This document shows, in pieces, positions 50,720 through 59,157 of a DNA stretch of 64,000 nucleotides (position 1 is its first letter; each line of letters opens with the position of its first letter). The position numbers were made by a program, and so were the translations under genes. The DNA is from Hyphomonadaceae bacterium (GTDB lineage: Bacteria > Pseudomonadota > Alphaproteobacteria > Caulobacterales > Hyphomonadaceae): contig DAINAT010000006.1 of assembly GCA_036733305.1 (NCBI GenBank), positions 412 through 64,411 on the forward strand, read 5' to 3'. The notes beneath the pieces were generated by a model. It searched no databases. It was not told the origin of the DNA and saw only the letters and a list, made by a program, of their open reading frames with translations.

Positions 50720-52141
50720 ATGGCTGACGATCTGGGCACGCGCACATCCGAGTTCATCGCCCGGCTGACCGAGGCGCTGGGGCCGAAGGGCGTATCTACC
50801 GATCCGGTGGAGATCGATCCGCATATCTCCGACTGGCGCGGGCGCTGGAAGGGATCGACGCCTGTGCTGGTGAAGCCGGCGACGACTGAGGAAGTCTCGA
50901 AAGCGATGACCTTGTGCGCCGAGTATGGCTTTGCGGTGAACCCGCAGGGTGGGAACTCGGGCATGGTCAATGGATCGGTGCCGCAGGGCGAAGTGCTGAT
51001 CTCGTTGAAGCGCATGAACAAGGTGCGTGAGGTCGATACGCTGAATGATGCGATGACGCTGGAGGCTGGCGTGATCCTGACGAAGGCTCAGGAGATTGCC
51101 GACGAGAATGGCCGGCTGTTCCCGCTGTCGCTGGGCGCGCAGGGCGTGGCGATGATTGGCGGACTTATCTCGACAAATGCGGGCGGCGTGGGCGTGCTGC
51201 GCTATGGGATGATGCGCGATCTGGTGCTGGGCATTGAAGCGGTGATGCCGGATGGGCGGATCTGGAATGGCCTGCGCGGCTTGCGGAAGGACAATACGGG
51301 GTACGACCTCAAGCATCTGTTTATCGGTGCTGAGGGTACGCTGGGCATTGTGACTGCGGCGACGCTGAAATTGTTCCCGAAGCCTGCGGTGAAAGAGACG
51401 GCGTGGGCCGTGGTGGAGTCACCGGCGAAGGCGGTGGAGCTGTTGCAGATTGCCAAGGCTGCGACGGGTGGAGCGGTGACGGGGTTCGAGATCATTCCGA
51501 AGCTGGGGCTTGAGCTGGTGCTGAAGCACATCCCGGATACGCGCGATCCCTTGCCGACGGTGATGCCGTGGCGGGTGCTGATCGAATTGTCGCTGCCGCG
51601 CGAAGAGGGCGCGCGGGACATGATGGAAACGCTGCTGGGGGACGCCATCGAGAAGGGCGTCGCGGCGGATGCGGTGATCTGCGAGAACGAAAGCCAGAAG
51701 GCGATGGTCTGGAAGATCCGCGAGAACATCGCGGTGGCCGAGCGCGCGCACGGCAAGGCGCTGAAACATGATGTGTCGGTGCCGGTGTCGCGCGTGGCGG
51801 AGTTCATGGATCGTGGCGCGGCGCTGGCGCAATCGACTGCGCCGGGCGTGGACATCATTGCGTTCGGGCATGTGGGCGATGGCAACATCCATTTCAATGT
51901 GACGCCGCCTGCCGGCGTGGATCAGGATGCGTTCGTCTCGAAAGAGGGGCTGAAGGTTTCCGAGGCGATCCACGATCTGATCGCGAGCCTGAACGGTTCG
52001 ATCTCGGCCGAGCATGGGATCGGGCGGCTCAAGCGCGATGAGCTGGCCTGGCGGAAATCTCCGATCGAGATGGAGATGATGCGCGCGGTGAAGAAAGCGC
52101 TGGACCCGGATGGAAGGATGAATCCGGGGCGGGTGCTCTAG
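50720..52141 (+). CDS. FAD-linked oxidase (GlcD/D-2-hydroxyacid dehydrogenase-like)
   Basis: 473 aa with an FAD_binding_4-type N-terminal half (PQGGNSG and ISTNAGG blocks). C-terminal AEHGIG and LDPDGRMNPG motifs. Confidence 0.88.
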   Translation: MADDLGTRTSEFIARLTEALGPKGVSTDPVEIDPHISDWRGRWKGSTPVLVKPATTEEVSKAMTLCAEYGFAVNPQGGNSGMVNGSVPQGEVLISLKRMNKVREVDTLNDAMTLEAGVILTKAQEIADENGRLFPLSLGAQGVAMIGGLISTNAGGVGVLRYGMMRDLVLGIEAVMPDGRIWNGLRGLRKDNTGYDLKHLFIGAEGTLGIVTAATLKLFPKPAVKETAWAVVESPAKAVELLQIAKAATGGAVTGFEIIPKLGLELVLKHIPDTRDPLPTVMPWRVLIELSLPREEGARDMMETLLGDAIEKGVAADAVICENESQKAMVWKIRENIAVAERAHGKALKHDVSVPVSRVAEFMDRGAALAQSTAPGVDIIAFGHVGDGNIHFNVTPPAGVDQDAFVSKEGLKVSEAIHDLIASLNGSISAEHGIGRLKRDELAWRKSPIEMEMMRAVKKALDPDGRMNPGRVL

Positions 52142-52144
52142 GTC

Positions 52145-52897
52145 TTACGCCGCCAGCGTGGTGATGATCGGGCCGTTCTTCGTCGCCACCATTGTGTGTT
52201 CGTACTGGACGGTGGGGCTCTTGCGTTTGTCGGCGTAGAGGGTCCAGCCGTCGCTGCTGTCGATGGCCCATTCGGCGCCCATCGAGAGGAAGGGCTCCAG
52301 CGTGAAGACGAGGCCTTCGTTTATACGGCGGCGTTCGGAGAGATCTTTCCAGGTGGGGATTGTGCCCGGTTCTTCGTGGAGTGCGCCGCCGACGCCGTGG
52401 CTGGCGAGGTTGCGGATCAGCGAATAGCCCCGGCTGCGGGCGAAGGCGTCGATGGCGATGCCGGGGGCATTGAGTGCGCCGCCGACTTTCACTTCGTGGA
52501 TGCCGGTCCACAGCGCCCGCTTGCCATCCTGGCAAAGTTTTTCGAGGCGGCGGTCTCTCCCCTGAAGAACAAAGCTTGCGCCGGTGTCGGCGAAGTAGCC
52601 GTTCTTTTCAGCCGACACATCGATGTTGATGAGGTGGCCGACTTTCAGGACGGTCTTGTTCGGGATGCCGTGGGCGATCGCGGGGAAGACGCTGATGCAG
52701 GTGGCGCCGGGGAAGTTGTAGGTGACTTTGGGGGCGGACTTTGCGCCTTCGAGTTCCATCATCGCGGCGCCGATGGCGTCGAGTTCCGCCGTGGTCATGC
52801 CGGGTTCGGCGGCGTTGCGCATGGCGTCGAGCGTGCGGGCGACGATGCTGCCGATGTGCTTGAGGCCGTCGAGCTGGCCCTCTTTATCGATGGTCAT
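52145..52897 (-). CDS. map: type I methionyl aminopeptidase
   Basis: 250 aa from the ATG at 52897. Metal-ligand context AHGIP, INIDVS, GHGVGG, FTLEP and EHT. Starts 4 nt after the upstream gene stop. Confidence 0.9.
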   Translation of the reverse strand: MTIDKEGQLDGLKHIGSIVARTLDAMRNAAEPGMTTAELDAIGAAMMELEGAKSAPKVTYNFPGATCISVFPAIAHGIPNKTVLKVGHLINIDVSAEKNGYFADTGASFVLQGRDRRLEKLCQDGKRALWTGIHEVKVGGALNAPGIAIDAFARSRGYSLIRNLASHGVGGALHEEPGTIPTWKDLSERRRINEGLVFTLEPFLSMGAEWAIDSSDGWTLYADKRKSPTVQYEHTMVATKNGPIITTLAA

Positions 52898-52901
52898 TCT
52901 G

Positions 52902-53963
52902 TCAGGTCGTCTTTGTTGCGGCCGGTTCGGCGGCGGGAGCAGGGGCCGCTTTCTGGCCTTTGGGAGCTCCGAGATTGTAATAGGCAGTCGCCGGATCAAC
53001 AGGCGGGGCGACGGGCGAGGCAATCGCCGTGTTAAGGACCGGCGCGGGTTGATCCGCCGGGGGGAAGGCTGCGGGCTTCATGATGTTGGCGCCGTTGCTG
53101 GCGCGGTCGACCGTGCGCTCGGAGAGGCCGAGTTCGGCTGCCGTGAAGGCAACGAGGCCGCCGGACTTGCAGAGCATTTGCACGATGTTCTGCCGGGTTT
53201 GCATTTCCAGCATGCGCATGAGGACTTCGACTGTGGCCGGGTTGGCCTTCTCGAGCATGTCGACCAGATCGTCGAGGTGCTCGTTGTCGTAGGCCATCGG
53301 GCCGTTGGCCAGATCCTTGTTGATCGGCTTGGTGGCCGGTTCGTAGGAGAACATGGCCTCGTAGATCTTGATGCCCATGGGCATGCCGACCGGGCGGGCC
53401 GGGTCGGCCGGGTCCTCGATGTCCTGGAGCTGGCGCAGGACTTTTTCCTCGATCTCGCGCTGCTTGGCGAAGACGTCCTGGTCTTCGTGTTCGCCGATGG
53501 CGTTGTCGAACAGGTTTTCGATGCGGGCGCCGAGGGTGGTTCCGAAGGACTGCATCTGGCTGGGCATTTCGATGCGGTCGATGTCGATCTGGAAGGAGAC
53601 CTTGGCCTTGATGATGAGTTGGCGCTTGTCCGAGGTGCGCGTGATGAAGGGGCGGGGGGCGCAGGTCTGGACGCGCAGGGTGATCTCGCCGTTGCGGCGG
53701 TTCACCAGGCTCTTCTCATAAAAATTGCCGCCTGCGTCTGTCGTCATGATGGTGATGTCGGGGGCGTGGCGATCGCGGAGAACCTTGATCGAGGGGTCCC
53801 ACAGCGTGGTCGGCTGGCGGAGGGCGCCGTAGAAATTGCCGCCCTTGGTGGTGATGAACGTGGCGTGCGAGCCGGCATCATAGGTGCGGGCGGCCCGGTA
53901 GATCAGGAAGGCGAGAAGCAATCCGACAAGGACTGCGCCGATCACCGCAACAATCTCAAGCAT
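52902..53963 (-). CDS. membrane-anchored hypothetical protein, possibly SPFH/band-7-like, with Pro/Ala-rich tail
   Basis: N-terminal TM segment IVAVIGAVLVGLLLAFLIY. Central region whose beta/alpha pattern resembles SPFH (QLIIKAKVSFQIDIDRIEM). The function is not established. Confidence 0.6.
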   Translation of the reverse strand: MLEIVAVIGAVLVGLLLAFLIYRAARTYDAGSHATFITTKGGNFYGALRQPTTLWDPSIKVLRDRHAPDITIMTTDAGGNFYEKSLVNRRNGEITLRVQTCAPRPFITRTSDKRQLIIKAKVSFQIDIDRIEMPSQMQSFGTTLGARIENLFDNAIGEHEDQDVFAKQREIEEKVLRQLQDIEDPADPARPVGMPMGIKIYEAMFSYEPATKPINKDLANGPMAYDNEHLDDLVDMLEKANPATVEVLMRMLEMQTRQNIVQMLCKSGGLVAFTAAELGLSERTVDRASNGANIMKPAAFPPADQPAPVLNTAIASPVAPPVDPATAYYNLGAPKGQKAAPAPAAEPAATKTT

Positions 53964-54136
53964 TGGAAAGATCCCGCCTTACACCACCACCCCTGGAGCT
54001 GTGGACACTAGCCGCGAGGACAGGGAGCTACAATTCCAAAACTCCGCTCTTTCAGGGCCATTCGGGTCGAATTCTAGCGAAAGCAGAGTGACTTCTGAGA
54101 TTTGCCCGCGGGGCGACTGCTTTTTCTCTGTCACAT

Positions 54137-54160
54137 TGGTGCGGATACTGGCGCGGATAC
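54137..54160. repeat. tandem 12-mer TGGTGCGGATAC / TGGCGCGGATAC
   Basis: Two adjacent copies with one mismatch, in the 284-bp region upstream of the 52902-53963 gene. Confidence 0.6.
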
Positions 54161-54247
54161 CGGCGAACGGCGCCGCAGATGCGGGCGCGACCCCGCAGGT
54201 GAGTGCGGGGCGTGGCGGCTGCCAGGAAAGCCGATTGGGCGGCAGGG

Positions 54248-54994
54248 TCATGAGCTGTCGGGGGAGGCGCGGTCGCCGACGGTAGAGAAGAGGGGCCCGG
54301 CCGTTTCGGTGACAAGGCTCAGAGCACGGCGGAGGGAGGGGATGTCACACGCCTCCTGCGCGAGTTGGGATTTGAAGGCTGGGACACCCTGACGGCGGAT
54401 CTGATGAGCGAGCCGGCGGATGCAGCGCATCGGGTCCGCCACGGCGCGGAGCAGGGCCTCGATGCGGATCGCGAGCGGGCGCGCGGCGATGCGATCATCG
54501 TCATGGCGGCGGCGGTATGAGACCCGACCCCAGCTGTGGACAAGTTCGTGAGCCTCCGCGTCTGACGTGGAGGGCGCCGCAACGCTCGCGCGGGTACTGA
54601 AGGGCGCGGACCAGGTCGCGGGATCGCTGGTGATCTGCTTCGGTTGTGGGGGCGTGGCGCCGGGCGCGTTGGCGGCGGCGCGTGGTGTGGGCGCGGAGAG
54701 AGTCGCGGCGAGGGCGTGGGCTTCGATGAGGAAGAGGCGGCGAACGATCAGCTCGAGTGGGCGGACCCAGCCGAGCAGCTCGCGCTGCTGACTGCGCATA
54801 ATGCTCTTGAGGGCGCCGAAGGCCGCGGGCGACCAGAAGCGCGCGATGATCCACGCCAGCGTGTCGCGTGCCTTGATGAGCACGCTGAAGGCGTCGGGCC
54901 AGGTGAGGCCGGCGGGCTCAGGCGGATCATCGGCCAGACGCGGGTCGGTCTGGCGGAACGCGTCCGGGGGCATGGGGCGGTCGTACATGTTCAT
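54248..54994 (-). CDS. hypothetical protein
   Basis: 248 aa from the ATG at 54994 (MNMYDRPMPP). The track ORF extends to 55150. Helical ends flank a Pro/Ala-rich middle. No family recognised. Confidence 0.45.
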   Translation of the reverse strand: MNMYDRPMPPDAFRQTDPRLADDPPEPAGLTWPDAFSVLIKARDTLAWIIARFWSPAAFGALKSIMRSQQRELLGWVRPLELIVRRLFLIEAHALAATLSAPTPRAAANAPGATPPQPKQITSDPATWSAPFSTRASVAAPSTSDAEAHELVHSWGRVSYRRRHDDDRIAARPLAIRIEALLRAVADPMRCIRRLAHQIRRQGVPAFKSQLAQEACDIPSLRRALSLVTETAGPLFSTVGDRASPDSS

Positions 54995-55172
54995 GCGGGG
55001 AGTATGCGCCCGACCCGAGGGGGTGGGGATGAATGGAACCGCAGTTGCACGGGAACATGCGGTGGCTGCTGGGGATTGTGGTCGTGGGTGCGCACGCGAT
55101 TCAGCGGAATCCGTTGGAACCTTCCTCCCCCGAACGGGGGAGAGGCGCATTCACGGCGACCCTTCGGGCCTG

Positions 55173-55285
55173 CTCAGGATGAGGGCTTCGAGCCGTAGGG
55201 TGCATCTTGATGCACCATGGTGCGTCGGGCGCCGGCCGGTGCATTTACGCTTCGCTTCAATGCACCCTACGAGGCGCTAGCCCTT
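55173..55285. repeat. REP-like nested-palindrome element (reverse-oriented CCCTCATCCTGAG-type unit plus long inverted repeat)
   Basis: CTCAGGATGAGGGCT at 55173-55187 is the reverse complement of AGCCCTCATCCTGAG at 57046 and 62304. CGTAGGGTGCAT (55194-55205) pairs with ATGCACCCTACG (55260-55271). Inner palindrome GGTGCATC-TT-GATGCACC at 55199-55216. Confidence 0.7.
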
Positions 55286-55505
55286 TGAAATCAGGCCTTA
55301 TCGCTATGGGTGCTTTGCTTATGCACAAGCGGAGCTGGGCTCGACGCGGGTGCGGGGTGGGCCGAAACGCTGGCCCTGAAAGAGTTCGTGCCCACCCGGA
55401 GACCGGATGGGCACGAGGAATACTACTCTAGTCTCTGGGAATTGGGCGGCCTCTCGAAAGAGGCTCTAGCCAAGGACTGGCTGCCCAATGCGAAGAGCTA
55501 AGATA

Positions 55506-55589
55506 CTACTTCTTCTTCTTAGCAGCTTTAACCGGCTTTTTGGCAGCGGCTTTAGCAGGCTTCTTCGCAGCTTTTTTGGCAGTGGCCAT
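55506..55589 (-). CDS. 27-aa Lys/Ala-rich highly basic micro-protein (MATAKKAAKKPAKAAAKKPVKAAKKKK)
   Basis: Translated by hand and below the ORF-track size cutoff. ATG at 55589 with AAGGAG 7 nt upstream. TAG stop at 55506-55508. Confidence 0.45.
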   Translation of the reverse strand: MATAKKAAKKPAKAAAKKPVKAAKKKK

Positions 55590-55691
55590 TTGAAGTCTCC
55601 TTGAGTGGTCCCTCAGATGGACGCCCGCTAGCGGGCTCGCATCCAATTAAGTTGAGCAGTCGTCCGATCGAACTCCGACTCAACGAATCTG

Positions 55692-56684
55692 TCATAACCC
55701 ATTTTCGCGAACGTGTGCAGCACCTCTTCGCAAGCGATCGTTGATTGCTTCTCCGAGTCCGGTGTTCGGAATGGGCGCCACGGCGATCGATGGATGACTC
55801 TCATCGAGCGTTCGCAGCATCGCGAAGAGGTTCGTCGCGGCCTCCGCGAGGTCGCCTCGAATCGAAAGATTGAGGTCGGGTGAAACGCCGCTCGGAGGCG
55901 CCCCGAAGGCGAGGAAGGCCTCTCCATTTTCGACGCTCGTGGCGCCGAGTCTGAGACGCGCGCGAGGGGCGTAATGGCGCCTCAACATGCCGGGTGAGAC
56001 GATGCCCTTCGCGGCGTCCGGAGACCCCAGCGGGCCTGTGAGCAACTCGATGTCGGAGCGCGCGAGAGAGCCCGCGCGGAGCATCACGGCGCCGTCTTCG
56101 CCGGGCGCGATGATGGTCGATTCAAGACCCGCAGAGCACGGCCCTCCATCGATGATGAGGTCGATACGCGAGCCCAATCCGGCGACCACATGAGCGGCTG
56201 TCGTGGGGCTCAACTGCTCCGACAGATTGGCCGAGGGAGCAGCAAGAGGTCGCCCCACACGCGAAATAATTTCAAGAGTTGCAATATGTTGAGGCTGACG
56301 CACGGCGATCGAGGGGAGCCCCGCGGTCGCGAGCTCATGCACGGGGCATGTGCTCTTGCGCGGGAGCACGAGGGTGAGTGGTCCGGGCCAGAAGCGGGCG
56401 GCGAGGGCGCGCGCGAGGGGACTGAACTCGGCGAGTGACTCCGCCATCGCGAGGTCGGCGACGTGGCAGATGAGGGGGTTGAAGGAGGGGCGACCCTTGG
56501 CTGTGTAGATCGCGGCGACGGCGGCGCCATTCGTGGCGTCGGCGGCGAGTCCGTAGACGGTCTCGGTGGGCACCGCGACGAGTCCTCCGGCGGACAAAAT
56601 GCGCGCCGCTTCGGCGAGCGATGCGGGGTCTTGTCCGAGGCAACGCGCGGGCTCGCGAGAGTCGTTTTGTGAATCAGAGTTCAT
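55692..56684 (-). CDS. sua5: L-threonylcarbamoyladenylate synthase (Sua5/YwlC type, with C-terminal Sua5 domain)
   Basis: VAVPTETVYGLAADA, KGRPSFNPLICHV and RPLAAPSANLS motifs. ATG at 56684 (MNSDSQND). The track ORF (to 56972) over-extends. Confidence 0.88.
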   Translation of the reverse strand: MNSDSQNDSREPARCLGQDPASLAEAARILSAGGLVAVPTETVYGLAADATNGAAVAAIYTAKGRPSFNPLICHVADLAMAESLAEFSPLARALAARFWPGPLTLVLPRKSTCPVHELATAGLPSIAVRQPQHIATLEIISRVGRPLAAPSANLSEQLSPTTAAHVVAGLGSRIDLIIDGGPCSAGLESTIIAPGEDGAVMLRAGSLARSDIELLTGPLGSPDAAKGIVSPGMLRRHYAPRARLRLGATSVENGEAFLAFGAPPSGVSPDLNLSIRGDLAEAATNLFAMLRTLDESHPSIAVAPIPNTGLGEAINDRLRRGAAHVRENGL

Positions 56685-56854
56685 CGAATTTGGAGTCCGT
56701 TGGAGACCACGTTGCGGCGCCAGCGAAGGCGCCGAGAGAGGCGCGCGAGGCGCCCGATGAGGGGCGCGATGCGTGACTCGATGGCGTGCATTTCGACTTC
56801 GCGCTGTGACATCACGAACACACTTTTTGTACCTCGCGAGAGGTCCGATGAGCA

Positions 56855-56883
56855 CTTCGAGAGTCGAAATTCGACTCTCGAAG
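56855..56883. repeat. 29-bp perfect palindrome CTTCGAGAGTCGAA-A-TTCGACTCTCGAAG
   Basis: Read directly from the sequence. Outer arms ACCTCGCGA (56831-39) and TCGCGAGGT (56888-96) extend the symmetry. Located 171 nt upstream of the sua5 ATG. Confidence 0.8.
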
Positions 56884-57045
56884 AGGTTCGCGAGGTGGAA
56901 TCGCGCGTGGTGATTCCGAGTCGTGTGGTGTCTCGAGATGAGACTCGCGTGGTGACTCGTGGCGGTAAGCACGCCCTCGTGGTTCGACGGACGCGCATCT
57001 TCGATGCGCTGCTCACCATGAGGGCTGAACTACGAGACGAGCTGT

Positions 57046-57108
57046 AGCCCTCATCCTGAGCGGGCCCGCAGCGCGGGCCGCCCGTCGAAGGACGAGGGCG
57101 TACGTGCT
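57046..57108. repeat. REP-like hairpin unit AGCCCTCATCCTGAG-[GGCCCGC-AGC-GCGGGCC]-TCGAAGGACGAGGGCGT
   Basis: CCCTCATCCT pairs with AGGACGAGGG around an inner 7-bp hairpin at 57063-57079. Lies immediately downstream of the cytochrome b561-YceI stop. Confidence 0.7.
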
Positions 57109-57117
57109 CATGCAGGC

Positions 57118-58416
57118 TCACTGGCGGGTCGCGACGAGGTCGATGATGACCTTCACATCGTCGGCGACCCATTCGGCATCGCCTTTCTCTTCGGTGTAAG
57201 TGCCCTTACCGACGCCGAGGGCCATGCGTTTGAGCGTGGTCTCGGCGTGAGCGGTGGCGGTTGCGCCGTCGAGCGTGAGGGTGAAGGGGAGGCGCACGGG
57301 GTTCTTCGCGCCCTTCAGCGTGAGGACTCCGGTTGCTTCATATTGAGTATCGCTATCTTTGAAGACGCCGCCGGTGACTTCGAAGACGGCCTCCGGGAAT
57401 TTGGCGACGTCGAACCAGTCTCCCTGCGTGACGTTCTCGTCGTAGTAGGGCTCGCCGGTGCTCACCGAGGCCAGCGGAATGGCGACGCGGATATAGCCGT
57501 CGACAGGCGTGTCCTTGCTGGCGGGCGCATCGGTGTCGAGCTGGATCTGCGCTTTCCAGCCGGAGAACGCGCCTTCGAAGGGGCGGCCCATGTAGGCGGC
57601 GCTGAACTTCAGCGTGCTCTTCTCATAATCCACGACCCAGGCAGGCGCGTTGGATTTCGGCGCGGTGGTTTCTTCCGTCGCGGCGACGGTGTCGTGTGTG
57701 TGGGCGGGCGGGGCGGAGAGCGAGAGGCTGGCGATAATCGCGAAGACAGCGGCTGCGCCGCCGAAGGCGAGGATGCCGCCGCGTCCCTTGTCGATCGGGC
57801 CGGCTGTGCGGCCGAAGAGGCCGGGGGCCATGCGCGCGAGCAGGCCGTCCTTGTCCACGAACTGGTGCTTGAGCGCGCCGGCGACGTGGAGGACGAGGAG
57901 GCCGATGATCACCCAGGTGAGGCGCGCGTGGAGCATGTGCATCGTCTCGGCGACGCCTTCGCGCGCTTCGGCGGGGAGGCCGGCAATGCCGGGGACGTAC
58001 ATCTCGACCGTGCCGAAGAAGCGGGTTTCGTGCTGGGCGATCTCCGCCGAGGCCATGATCCAGCCGGTGAGCGGCATGGCGATCATCAGTGCATAGAGGA
58101 AGATGTGGACTGATGAGGCGAGCAAGGCCTGCAATTTCGGCATGGCGGGCTCGGGCGGCGGCGGGTTCATCAGGCGCCAGACGATGCGCGCGATGGTGAG
58201 CAGCAGGATGGTGATGCCGATCGACTTGTGGATCTGGATGATCGCTGTCTTCGGGCTGCCGGGGCCGCCGGCCATGTCTTCCATGATCCAGCCGACCGCG
58301 ATCATGCCGATTATGAGAAGTGCGATGGACCAGTGCAGCGCGATGGCGACAGCGGTGTAGCGCTGTTGACGCTCCGGTGCGGGGGAATGAGAGACGGATT
58401 CAGTGATGTCGGTCAT
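57118..58416 (-). CDS. cytochrome b561-family membrane domain fused to a periplasmic YceI-like domain
   Basis: N-terminal half has four TM segments with His ligands (YTAVAIALHWSIALLIIGM and HKSIG). C-terminal half is a YceI fold (WVVDYEKSTLKFSAAYMGRPFEGAF...TGVLTLKGAKNPVRLPFTL). ATG at 58416 with AAGGA SD. Confidence 0.85.
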   Translation of the reverse strand: MTDITESVSHSPAPERQQRYTAVAIALHWSIALLIIGMIAVGWIMEDMAGGPGSPKTAIIQIHKSIGITILLLTIARIVWRLMNPPPPEPAMPKLQALLASSVHIFLYALMIAMPLTGWIMASAEIAQHETRFFGTVEMYVPGIAGLPAEAREGVAETMHMLHARLTWVIIGLLVLHVAGALKHQFVDKDGLLARMAPGLFGRTAGPIDKGRGGILAFGGAAAVFAIIASLSLSAPPAHTHDTVAATEETTAPKSNAPAWVVDYEKSTLKFSAAYMGRPFEGAFSGWKAQIQLDTDAPASKDTPVDGYIRVAIPLASVSTGEPYYDENVTQGDWFDVAKFPEAVFEVTGGVFKDSDTQYEATGVLTLKGAKNPVRLPFTLTLDGATATAHAETTLKRMALGVGKGTYTEEKGDAEWVADDVKVIIDLVATRQ

Positions 58417-58474
58417 GCGGAGATCCTTGCGTTGGCCGACTTGTACACAGGCTGCGGCGATCCATGAAGGCCAG

Positions 58475-59089
58475 CTAGTGTCGCGTGAACTCGGCTTCAA
58501 TGATGATTTCGACGGTGTCGCCCACGAAGTCGGCGTAACGCGTGAGGCCGAACGCGCTTCGGTTGAGCGTGCCGCGGGCGGAGAAGCCTACGGCCGGGCG
58601 GCCGGCATAGAGGGCTGCTGAGGCCATTGCGCCATTATAAGTGACGTCGAGGGTGACGGGCCGGGTGACCCCGGCGAGGGTAAGGTCACCCGTGACCTTG
58701 CCGGTGGAAGGGCTGGTCGTCTCGATCGCGGTGGAGGTGAAGATGATCTGGGGGAAATCCGCGCCCTTCATCATGTCCTGACCGATGCGCTTGTCCCAAC
58801 CCGGATCGGCGGCGTTGTCGGTGCGGACGCTGAGCGGGTTGATGATGGCTTTGACGTGGGAGGCGGCCGGGGCCTTCGGGTCGAAGTCGAGGGTGGCGTC
58901 GAAGTCGGCGAAGCGCGCGGTGTAATAAGAGAGGCCGAGATGCTTCACACGGAAAGTAAGCGAGCCGTGGGGCTTTTCGAGCTGGTAGGCGCCGGCGGGG
59001 AGGGATTGCAACGTTTTTGGGGCCTGCGATGCGGTGAGCGCGCAGGCAGACAGGATGAGACAGATAATAGAGAGAGCAACGGCACGCAT
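58475..59089 (-). CDS. YceI-family periplasmic (lipo)protein
   Basis: ATG at 59089 with GGAG SD. Signal LILSAC. YQLEKPHGSLTFRVKHLGLSYYTARF and GDLTLAGVTRPVTLDV motifs. Confidence 0.88.
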   Translation of the reverse strand: MRAVALSIICLILSACALTASQAPKTLQSLPAGAYQLEKPHGSLTFRVKHLGLSYYTARFADFDATLDFDPKAPAASHVKAIINPLSVRTDNAADPGWDKRIGQDMMKGADFPQIIFTSTAIETTSPSTGKVTGDLTLAGVTRPVTLDVTYNGAMASAALYAGRPAVGFSARGTLNRSAFGLTRYADFVGDTVEIIIEAEFTRH

Positions 59090-59157
59090 GGAGAGGCTCC
59101 TTGTGCACGGGTCTCTGCTTGTACGCCTGTTATGGGAAGTTGGGAGGGGGGTGCAGA

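Noticed and set aside
54137-54160. Tandem 12-mers, and the CGCGTGGTGA repeats at 56903-56955, as a possible CRISPR array
   Set aside because: There are only two or three copies, the units are much shorter than CRISPR repeats, there are no spacers of regular length and no cas genes are in the window.
55310-55501. 63-aa plus-strand ORF between the REP element and the Lys-rich micro-ORF
   Set aside because: It has a GTG start without an SD, rare codons (TCT, AGT, CTA, TTG) and contains a 12-bp-stem hairpin (55388-55414). It is more likely a 3' UTR or terminator region of the minus-strand micro-ORF.
56700-57047. 115-aa plus-strand ORF upstream of sua5
   Set aside because: It has a TTG start and an N-terminal run of Arg. 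It spans the 29-bp palindrome and the tandem repeats and ends inside a REP unit, so it looks like an artefact of structured non-coding DNA.
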